46,034 nucleotides of DNA from a virus: IMG/VR virus record IMGVR_UViG_3300005828_000059; one strand, 5' to 3'. Position 1 is the stretch's first letter; every line of letters starts with the position of its first letter. The notes beneath the pieces are model-generated. The model was not told the origin of the DNA. It saw nothing but the letters and a program-made list of their open reading frames with translations, and did no database searches. Below, piece by piece: positions 34,690 to 41,702 of the stretch. A program made the translations under genes and the position numbers.

Positions 34690-34970
34690 TCTTGTTACCG
34701 CCGCGCGTACCCCCCTTTAGGGGGGTAAAATCGGGAAACAATCGGTAACAATCTAACATGTTGATTCCAAACGCTTTTCACTGCCCTCCGATTGTTACCC
34801 GTTGACAACAGATTTTGATCAGCGGGAAACAATCGCCTTTTGCGTGTTTTCAAGCACTTAGCTCAGGATCTTGTTTCCCGGTTTTTTCGGGAAACAATCG
34901 GTAACAATCGGTAACAATCGAAAAATGTACATACATACAGTGCTTTTCTGTATTTTCGTACAGTACGCTC
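34690..34970. promoter_or_regulatory. Putative replication origin: an iteron cluster, a G6/C6 hairpin and an AT-rich segment
   Basis: The motif (G)G(G/T)AAACAATCG occurs in direct orientation at 34733-34744, 34745-34753, 34824-34835, 34889-34900, 34901-34910 and 34911-34920. It occurs inverted at 34789-34798, 34871-34880 and, as a variant, 34691-34700. The hairpin TACCCCCC-TTTA-GGGGGGTA lies at 34708-34727. An AT-rich stretch spans 34921-34970. Confidence 0.55.
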
Positions 34971-34991
34971 ATGCCAGACTACTCAATTTCC

Positions 34992-37037
34992 TTACAGTAC
35001 CGACACCCGATATCCACGCATCTTCGTGCCCTGCATTGCCCGCTCGATCAAACCTTCCTCCACCATCGACTTGCAAATCGACATGATCATATTGGTCCTG
35101 ATCCCGGTGACCAGCTGAATGTCGCGTATGACTGCCGCTTCCTTGAGATCACATACCTCCGCGATCGCTTGCAGCACCTTCGCGCGGCGCGCGTGCATCT
35201 CCGCCGTAACCGCAGCTTGATCCTTCGCCGCTACCGCAGGGCGCTTATAGTCGAATGGAGTAAGCACACTGCTCTCGCCGATTACCACGCGCTCGAAGTA
35301 AGCCTCGCTGCCGATCCTGGACACGTTGGTCTTGCTGAGCCTGAGCTTGAGGATATCGTCGTAGAGGGACTCCTCGATGTCTTGCTCGGCGCACCATTTC
35401 TCTTTCGCCTTCAGCGGGCATGGTGGGGTTAGAAACGCCGTCGCGCGCGTGTTGAAGACGATCGCGCTCGCTCCTCGTACATCACCTTGAGATAGCTCGT
35501 GGCCTTCGTCGAGCTTGGCAAGAGCGGCTTTGGAGATGTGCGCGCTCGCGATCACAGCAGCGCCGGTCTGCTTCGCCATGAATTCCATCATCTCGACGAA
35601 GCGGATCCCGGCTTGGTTGCTGCCTTCCTCGCCGCCCAGGAATCTCGCCAGAGGATCCAGCACAATCAGCCTGGGGCGCTCCACTGACTTCGCGCGCTCG
35701 ACGACCGTCCTGACCTGCTCCCAGATCGGCTCGGGGTTTCCGTCGATCTGCTTGAGCAACTGGACTGTACGGCCAACCATGGGTATGATCTGCAGTCGCC
35801 GGGTCAGCAAGGCGCGCTCTGCCTCCGAGAAGTGTCTAAGCTGATGAATGCCCCACAAGCGACGCTCGATCTCTTCGCCGTCATCCTCCGTCGCGAGTAT
35901 CAGCACTGACCCGGCATCTTCTGGCGGCAGGGTAGGAACCCCGCCCAGCATCTCACCCAGGCAGACCGAGATCCCCAGCTGCAGGAGGAACTGGGTTTTG
36001 CTGCCGCCGCCCGAGGCTGCCAGGACGCCTGTTTTAGCCCGCTCGAAGAACCCCCCTAGCACCCATTTCCGGGGGCTGGGGACGGTCGAGAAAGCCCGCT
36101 CGATGTCGACCCCCTGAAGCTGTTTAGGCGGGGGCTGGGCGGGCTGGGAAGGCTCGGCAGAGGGAAATGCCTCGATCAGGCTCTCCGCCTCGCTCCAGCC
36201 GCCCTGGCGGGCCAGGAAGCGTACGCTATCGAGCCCTACCTTGACCCCGCCCTCGGAGCGCCCGAAGGACTCCCACCTGCGCCGGTTCTCTCGCGGGTCG
36301 TAGTTGCCCTGGGTCGTCCTCTGGGACCAATCGTCGAAGATCTCCCAGGCACCCTCACCATAGGCGTCCTTGAGCGCCATTCCCACCTTGAGCCACGTGG
36401 TGTCGTCGGACGGGTCTACGTGCTCGAGCAGACGCTCTAGCTCGGAATGCGCTGGCGTGGGTTCCCGCCTCTCGACCGGCAGGGGTGCGACCTTGGCGCG
36501 AGCTTGCTCCTGGATCCACTCGACTAGCTCGGCTCCGTCAGCTAGCTGCGGATCCAGGTTGGCGTCGTCCCAGAGATCCCCGGTGATCGTGAAGTAGCGC
36601 TTGTCGCGGTAGACCTCGATCTTGCCGTCGAGCAGCGTCGTGCGCAGCGAGCGCTCCAGGCTGCTGCAGCGGACGATCAGATGGAGGCCCTGTCCGCTCG
36701 GGCTCACCTCGATGTAGGCACCTGCCGGCGCGCGCTTGAGGACTTCCTCGGCGAGCCTGTTCGGTTCTCCATCCTTGTCCAGACAGTGATCCAGGTCGAT
36801 GCCGGCTACGCCCTCTCCGAGGACGTAGCCGATACCGTCGAAATGTCCGGGAAGCCTCTGCAGCGTGTTGAACGCGCGCTCGAAGCTAGTCCAAGTCCCC
36901 GAGTCCGTCGTAGACGCATGTACACCATTCGCCTGGAACGGAACCTTGCGAGAGTGCATCACCCACCTCGCGTGGGCACGAAGAAAAGCAGGGATGCTCT
37001 GCGGCCGAAGGGAGGAAGGCATAGGGACAGAATCCAT
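34992..37037 (-). CDS. Bifunctional Prim-Pol primase / RecA-like (AAA_25-type) helicase with a C-terminal wHTH-like domain (681 aa)
   Basis: GIDLDHC and EVSPSGQGLHLIV are Prim-Pol motifs. WLKVGMALKD...DDWSQ is PriCT-2-like. The Walker A motif is ASGGGSKTQ and the Walker B motif is LIVLDPL. Confidence 0.8.
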   Translation of the reverse strand: MDSVPMPSSLRPQSIPAFLRAHARWVMHSRKVPFQANGVHASTTDSGTWTSFERAFNTLQRLPGHFDGIGYVLGEGVAGIDLDHCLDKDGEPNRLAEEVLKRAPAGAYIEVSPSGQGLHLIVRCSSLERSLRTTLLDGKIEVYRDKRYFTITGDLWDDANLDPQLADGAELVEWIQEQARAKVAPLPVERREPTPAHSELERLLEHVDPSDDTTWLKVGMALKDAYGEGAWEIFDDWSQRTTQGNYDPRENRRRWESFGRSEGGVKVGLDSVRFLARQGGWSEAESLIEAFPSAEPSQPAQPPPKQLQGVDIERAFSTVPSPRKWVLGGFFERAKTGVLAASGGGSKTQFLLQLGISVCLGEMLGGVPTLPPEDAGSVLILATEDDGEEIERRLWGIHQLRHFSEAERALLTRRLQIIPMVGRTVQLLKQIDGNPEPIWEQVRTVVERAKSVERPRLIVLDPLARFLGGEEGSNQAGIRFVEMMEFMAKQTGAAVIASAHISKAALAKLDEGHELSQGDVRGASAIVFNTRATAFLTPPCPLKAKEKWCAEQDIEESLYDDILKLRLSKTNVSRIGSEAYFERVVIGESSVLTPFDYKRPAVAAKDQAAVTAEMHARRAKVLQAIAEVCDLKEAAVIRDIQLVTGIRTNMIMSICKSMVEEGLIERAMQGTKMRGYRVSVL
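35731..35776. repeat. 46-nt exact direct repeat, copy A (inside the helicase coding region)
   Basis: TCGGGGTTTCCGTCGATCTGCTTGAGCAACTGGACTGTACGGCCAA is identical to 37467-37512. Confidence 0.95.
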
Positions 37038-37103
37038 TGCAAGGTTGGAGTTGTAAAGGTTCGGGGCTTACGCTGCTTTTCGCGCTGCTCTTCGCGCGGC
37101 TCT

Positions 37104-38009
37104 TCATGTCTGATCTCCGACGCCGCTCGTGCTCTTACACCATGTCGCGAACTCGCGGAAGCTCAGCCTGAATCTCGCTGCGTACTTGTGTCCGTCGCCT
37201 CCGTACATCTTCGCGATCTCACCTACGTCGACACCGCCTTCGGCAGAGTGCAGACTGAAATCAACCCCGAACTGCGAGAAAGAGAAGCTAGCTACGAAAG
37301 GATCTCCCGCTTTCATCAGATGCATGTAGTTGAGATGCACGACCGGGACGTCGTAGTTACCGATGCTGCCTCTCATCTGCGTTACACCGAGAAGCTGGTT
37401 GAGAAAATTGTCCCAGGCTTCCTGGCACCGCTCGTGGGTGCCCTTCGTATCGTTGCTCATTTCTCTTCGGGGTTTCCGTCGATCTGCTTGAGCAACTGGA
37501 CTGTACGGCCAATCTCCCTCTTCCTTCGGGCTTACGCGCTTGTTTTCCGCTCGACGTTCAAAGAGATCAAGGAACTCAAGGAACTCAAGGACAAGGAGCT
37601 TATCCATGATGGGCTTTCTTTCTTCCTCGTTGCGCACGAACTCGTCGTACGCGATCGCGCGCAGCTGGACCAAGACGTCGTCTATCTTGCTAGCCGGGAT
37701 GACATACGCTTCAACCCGAAGATCGACGTCTCCGGTTGTGGGATCGTTCGTGCCTTCGACCGAGAACAGCTTCGATTCGGCGCACGCAAAACCGAATTCG
37801 CGCATACGATGCGCGAGCAAGTCTGCATACGCTGTCTGATATTGCTCAAGCTGTTCGCGCGTTAGCCGCATACCATCCATCCCATATAGCTTAAGATCTT
37901 CGCGCGCGATTCGCTGGATTGCCCCCATGTAATATTTGCGCAAGCTCGCCTTGAGCTTATCCATTTCGCTCGGCGCTTTCGTCGCTTCGTTGCTCGTTTC
38001 GTTGCTCAT
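37104..38009 (-). CDS. Composite ORF (301 aa): an N-terminal helical part, a ~45-aa low-complexity linker built from repeated DNA patches, and a C-terminal DHHA1-like domain. The DHHA1-like part may be an independent 118-aa gene starting at ATG 37460.
   Basis: YGGDGHKYAARF resembles the DHHA1 motif GGGH..AAG. The start region at 37460 (ATGAGCAACGATACGA) nearly duplicates the start region at 38009 (ATGAGCAACGAAACGA). Confidence 0.5.
   Translation of the reverse strand: MSNETSNEATKAPSEMDKLKASLRKYYMGAIQRIAREDLKLYGMDGMRLTREQLEQYQTAYADLLAHRMREFGFACAESKLFSVEGTNDPTTGDVDLRVEAYVIPASKIDDVLVQLRAIAYDEFVRNEEERKPIMDKLLVLEFLEFLDLFERRAENKRVSPKEEGDWPYSPVAQADRRKPRREMSNDTKGTHERCQEAWDNFLNQLLGVTQMRGSIGNYDVPVVHLNYMHLMKAGDPFVASFSFSQFGVDFSLHSAEGGVDVGEIAKMYGGDGHKYAARFRLSFREFATWCKSTSGVGDQT
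37467..37512. repeat. 46-nt exact direct repeat, copy B (inside ORF 37104-38009, in a different reading frame)
   Basis: Identical to 35731-35776. It ends 7 nt upstream of the internal ATG at 37460. Confidence 0.95.
37567..37592. repeat. 26-nt exact copy of 3639-3664 (TCAAGGAACTCAAGGAACTCAAGGAC). It is itself an internal tandem of 11-nt units.
   Basis: Read directly from the sequence, in the same orientation. The match extends to 34 nt with 2 mismatches. Confidence 0.95.
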
Positions 38010-40036
38010 TTCCTAAACCTCCTGTCTTCCCAGCCTTCGGCCTTGATTGGAAATCCCGCAGCCCACGCGGGCACCTCGGTAAGGACGCTGATCAACCGCT
38101 GAAGCGGCCAGTCGTCTGCGTCCTTATGCACTTCGAGCACGACTTCGTCGTGCACATGGAGCACGATCGGAGCACCGAGTCTCGCCAGCCGCACGAGCCC
38201 GTGCGCGAGCAGATCTCGACAGATCGCTTGATCGGTATTCTCTAGAAAGGCACCTCCCCACATGGCGCGCCTTCCGCTGCGGATCTCCTCTTCGTCTTCG
38301 AGCGCGATCTCGTCCTCACTCTTGTCCGCGCTCTCCTCGGGATAGCGCTGATACGTTACTACACCGCCCCTGCCGTCGTTTTCGACTTCCGCGCCCCAGT
38401 AGTAGAGCGCACGACCGGACGGCAGCACGCACTTGAGAACTCCGCTCTTGGCGAGATACACGAACGTAACTCGGCAAGTAGAGAACAGCTTTCCCGGATG
38501 CAAGACCGCACGCACGGCAGCCCGCTGGAGCGAATACCATCCCTGTACGATGTTGGCGTTTTTCTCGCGGTAAGCGCCGACCGCGCGCTCGCCTTCTTCT
38601 AGCGTGATGTCGCTGTTCGGATCCAGCATGATCACGATCACAACGAACTTCTCGGGCCCCATCCCATAGCCGCACCCGAGCACGGCAGTCTTTCCGATGA
38701 AGCGCTGAGCATCTGTGATCTCGGTGACTGGCGTGTGGTAGATGCTGGAAGCCATGATCTTGTACGCGTCTTCGTCCCGCGCGAACGCGTCCAGCAACCA
38801 CTGCTCTCCGCACTGCCAAGCCGCATCTCGAGCTTCAATCGCGGCGAAGTCCGCAGCCTTGAACACGCAGCCAGACTTCGCGCGAATGATCCCGCGCAGC
38901 GAAGACGAGATCGCGTGTATCGGTTTCCCATATAGGAAGTCGATCGCGCTGTACGCTTGCGCGGTTGGCATGCTCTTAAGCGCAGAGAGCACGATCTCTT
39001 GGTCTTGCGGCTTGAAACCACGCTGTGGCCGGGGGAAGTTATGCGTCTGCAACGGGCGCTGTCCGCTCCACCTTTGCGTGCGAGCAGCGCCCGAGTGTTT
39101 GATCACGCCGCGAATTCGACCGTCCGCGCATACGCCGGCCGATACAGCCTCGAGCTTGCTTGTTGAGGACTTCGCGGCCAGCAAGCGCAGGTCCAGCATC
39201 TGTACCAGTTCGGGCGCTAGCTGAAATCGGTGCTTGACTAAGATCCGATTCAGGACTTCCTTGCGCAGGGTGTCGTAGCTGAACCCGCGAGCCTGCAGCC
39301 ACTTGAGGGTGCGCTCGTGCTGAGTCGCGACGTTAGTTATCGCGCCGCCGGATAGTCGAGCGGCCTCTTCGTTGAGTGGGGCAAGTCCGTGTATGACTGC
39401 GAGCAGCGCGGCAGCCGCTGCTTCGCGGTCGATCTCCATCCCACGCTCGTTGATGACGCGGTCGACATTGAACACCTCTTGCTCGGAGACGCTCAGATTA
39501 GGCAGCATCTTGAGCATTCCCACCTCGGCACGAGTATCATCGACGCAGTATCGATAGAACGCCTCGAAGTCTTCCGGGTAGTCGGCAGGCGTAGGCAGCC
39601 GCCCGCCGAGTTTCTTTTGCGGCTTGCAAAGCTTGTTGATGAGCGACCTGCCCTCTTTGCTCTTCGTGTGCGGCATGCGCGCAAGACGGGTCGCTTTATC
39701 GAGAGAACCCGGTAGCCCGTGCATGAGCGCGAGCGACATGATGCAACGGAACTGCAGGAGATCGCCTGGGAGCTTGAGCGTACGGTTCCACAGCCCCCAC
39801 TCGAACATCGAGTTCCACGCCCACACCCGCCCGCCGGCGCGGACGTGCTCGATTACCTCCGGGGGTGCCCCGTGCCCGACATGCAGACCGACCTCGATGC
39901 TGTCCGGGAACCAGTAGCTGCAGCACAAAACGCGCGTCGAGGGATCCTCTGCATACCGGTAGCCGCCTGCTTGCACGAGATCGACAGCCGACTGGCTCTC
40001 GAAGTCGATCACGCAGTCGCTATCGGAGAGGATCAT
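38006..40036 (-). CDS. polA: Family A DNA polymerase with a 3'-5' exonuclease domain (676 aa)
   Basis: The Exo I motif is VIDFES. Motif A is DFAAIEARDAAW, motif B is RFIGKTAVLGCGYGMG and motif C is LHVHDEVV. The ATG at 40036 forms an ATGA overlap with the upstream stop. The track start at 40123 is rejected. Confidence 0.85.
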   Translation of the reverse strand: MILSDSDCVIDFESQSAVDLVQAGGYRYAEDPSTRVLCCSYWFPDSIEVGLHVGHGAPPEVIEHVRAGGRVWAWNSMFEWGLWNRTLKLPGDLLQFRCIMSLALMHGLPGSLDKATRLARMPHTKSKEGRSLINKLCKPQKKLGGRLPTPADYPEDFEAFYRYCVDDTRAEVGMLKMLPNLSVSEQEVFNVDRVINERGMEIDREAAAAALLAVIHGLAPLNEEAARLSGGAITNVATQHERTLKWLQARGFSYDTLRKEVLNRILVKHRFQLAPELVQMLDLRLLAAKSSTSKLEAVSAGVCADGRIRGVIKHSGAARTQRWSGQRPLQTHNFPRPQRGFKPQDQEIVLSALKSMPTAQAYSAIDFLYGKPIHAISSSLRGIIRAKSGCVFKAADFAAIEARDAAWQCGEQWLLDAFARDEDAYKIMASSIYHTPVTEITDAQRFIGKTAVLGCGYGMGPEKFVVIVIMLDPNSDITLEEGERAVGAYREKNANIVQGWYSLQRAAVRAVLHPGKLFSTCRVTFVYLAKSGVLKCVLPSGRALYYWGAEVENDGRGGVVTYQRYPEESADKSEDEIALEDEEEIRSGRRAMWGGAFLENTDQAICRDLLAHGLVRLARLGAPIVLHVHDEVVLEVHKDADDWPLQRLISVLTEVPAWAAGFPIKAEGWEDRRFRK

Positions 40037-40455
40037 TTCGGAATTCCGGAGTTTCTGTTTCTCTCCAGTTCTGCCTTTGCCGCCATCGCTGCGGCAGTGG
40101 CGCGGTCGGGATATATGACCCACTTAATTGATTGGTTGATTAGAGTGCTCCATGAATAGCACGGCGCAGTGTGATCGGAGATCCAGAGGTCGCCGTATTG
40201 ATAAACTTCCCGCATCTTGTTGCTAGTCATCTGTAGTGACCATCCAGCGTGAAGCAGCGCATCCTCGACAGCGAATATGCCCTGCACAAGAATGCGTGGC
40301 GGCTGAAGACTGGTGATGCCAGGACCTATGTAGCAGCGCATCCTCGACAAGGCAAACAGCACTGCACAGTTATCAATATGACCCCACCATCCAAACCCTG
40401 CATCAAACTCCCATCTGCACAGTTTTGCGCAGGCTTCTAGCAGGTCAGCGTTCAT
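40033..40455 (-). CDS. Hypothetical protein (140 aa), partial paralog of 40445-40948. It contains internally frame-shifted duplicated segments, so it may be mosaic or decaying.
   Basis: SD sequence AGGAG 8 nt upstream. The C-terminal VEDALLHAGW...DRATAAAMAAKAELER parallels VEDALGEKGW...DRDTAAEMAAEMAARLEAR in the neighbouring gene. Confidence 0.45.
   Translation of the reverse strand: MNADLLEACAKLCRWEFDAGFGWWGHIDNCAVLFALSRMRCYIGPGITSLQPPRILVQGIFAVEDALLHAGWSLQMTSNKMREVYQYGDLWISDHTAPCYSWSTLINQSIKWVIYPDRATAAAMAAKAELERNRNSGIPK
40171..40214. repeat. 44-nt near-identical repeat, copy in hypothetical gene 40033-40455 (partner at 18884-18927)
   Basis: Same orientation as the partner but a different reading frame. 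It lies 135 nt upstream of the polA start codon. Confidence 0.9.
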
Positions 40456-40948
40456 CTTCGGATCTCCTAGCCTCCAGCCTTGCTGCCATCTCTGCTGCCA
40501 TCTCTGCGGCAGTGTCTCTATCTCTGTGGACCATTCGGATCGTTTCTTTGGTGTCGCGTTTGGGCTGGTAGAAACACCACGCTCCGTCAGTCCCCCATCC
40601 GTCAGGTATCCACTCTACCCGCCATCCCTTCTCCCCCAGCGCATCCTCGACGGCGATGCGGTTTCTCACGTCGATCAACTGCTGCATAGCTATCGCCACG
40701 TTTTCAAGCACGGGCGTCCAGTATGCGTGGCTCCGGTCTAACATTTCTCGGTTCAGCGACTCTGGGGTGTCGCTGCGGCTGATCACGTCGATCGCCGTCA
40801 GTTGCATTATGTGGTTTTCTTTAAGCATGGCGATGCGCTTCTGCGCCGCCTTCAGATCAGCCAGAGCCTTGTCCCTCTGGTCTAGAGCGTTCCTGGCGAT
40901 GGCCCGCAGGAGTTCGGCGGTCGTTTCTTTGTCGTATATCGGGTCCAC
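40445..40948 (-). CDS. Hypothetical protein (167 aa) with an N-terminal coiled coil
   Basis: GTG start with GGAGGAAGG upstream. Confidence 0.55.
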   Translation of the reverse strand: MDPIYDKETTAELLRAIARNALDQRDKALADLKAAQKRIAMLKENHIMQLTAIDVISRSDTPESLNREMLDRSHAYWTPVLENVAIAMQQLIDVRNRIAVEDALGEKGWRVEWIPDGWGTDGAWCFYQPKRDTKETIRMVHRDRDTAAEMAAEMAARLEARRSEDER

Positions 40949-41050
40949 TTTCCTTCCTCCTGTCTGGCGGGCTCGCGCGGCGGCAGCCTAACGCTGCACA
41001 TGCCGGCATGCGAGTGTCAATTCACCCCGCGCCGCGCTGCCCGTTACTCG

Positions 41051-41674
41051 TTAAAAATCGATCGAGTCGTCTTCCGCTCCGATCTCGGCAACTTCGCCTG
41101 CGCCGAGATCGTCGAACAAGCCTGTAGTATCGATGCGCGCTCCAAGCGGCTTCCCATCCGCGACCCACTGCACCGCGATCAGGTTACCGTTGATGCGCTT
41201 GCCGCCGATTGCCGGCGGATTGTTCTGATACCACAACCCAAAGTACGCGTTGACGATGCAACCGGCATAGAACTTCGCCGCATCACTCGCTTGCGCTTTG
41301 GACGCGTCTCGCAGCCGAACATCCGGTGCAATCCCGGTTGCCGTGCTGCAGTAGAATGCTTGCTGCACCTCGGGCCTATCCATCTGCTGCCGTCCATCGC
41401 GCAGACAAGTGCGATCGAGCGGCATCTCCTGGCCGACGCACACTTTCGCGAACCGGCTGATCTGCGACTTGATCTGCACGATCGCATCCCGATGAGTCTC
41501 GATTGGCATGATGAATTGCGCCGTGTAGCGAGACTCCGACATCGAGCCGTCCTGACGCTGCTGGGGCGCTCGCGGTTTGAACAACCACGGATAGGAGAGG
41601 ATGACTTCGTTGACCTGCATGACATCGAGATACTTGCCGTCTGCGATGCCGCCTTTATCGTGTAATTTGAACAA
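41051..41674 (-). CDS. DUF2815-type ssDNA-binding-like protein (start uncertain: TTG 41674 or ATG 41620)
   Basis: EVILSYPWLFKPR resembles the N-terminal OB-fold strand of DUF2815. The position between DUF2800 and polA is the usual module order. The track start at 41800 overlaps the upstream gene by 98 nt. Confidence 0.55.
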   Translation of the reverse strand: MFKLHDKGGIADGKYLDVMQVNEVILSYPWLFKPRAPQQRQDGSMSESRYTAQFIMPIETHRDAIVQIKSQISRFAKVCVGQEMPLDRTCLRDGRQQMDRPEVQQAFYCSTATGIAPDVRLRDASKAQASDAAKFYAGCIVNAYFGLWYQNNPPAIGGKRINGNLIAVQWVADGKPLGARIDTTGLFDDLGAGEVAEIGAEDDSIDF

Positions 41675-41702
41675 TTTGGTTTCCTTTTCGTCTGGATTGA
41701 AA

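Noticed and set aside
36681-37865. A 394-aa plus-strand ORF spanning the primase start and ORF 37104-38009. It contains KELKELKD, like the plus-strand gene 3389-3676.
   Set aside because: It overlaps two minus-strand genes that carry recognisable motifs (Prim-Pol and DHHA1-like). It has no SD and crosses an intergenic gap. The shared peptide is explained by the 26-nt DNA patch.
38006-40123. The extended polA start at 40123 (an extra 29 aa, MGHISRPRHCRSDGG...)
   Set aside because: The extension overlaps the upstream gene by 91 nt and is Arg/Gly-rich. The ATG at 40036 gives a classic ATGA coupling, and the ExoI motif follows shortly after.
40999-41020. The palindrome CATGCCGGCATG plus a minus-strand TTGACA in the 102-nt gap upstream of ORF 40445-40948, considered as a middle promoter/operator
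   Set aside because: No acceptable -10 hexamer lies at 16-19 nt spacing. It may still be an RNA hairpin or a binding site, but the sequence alone does not support a call.
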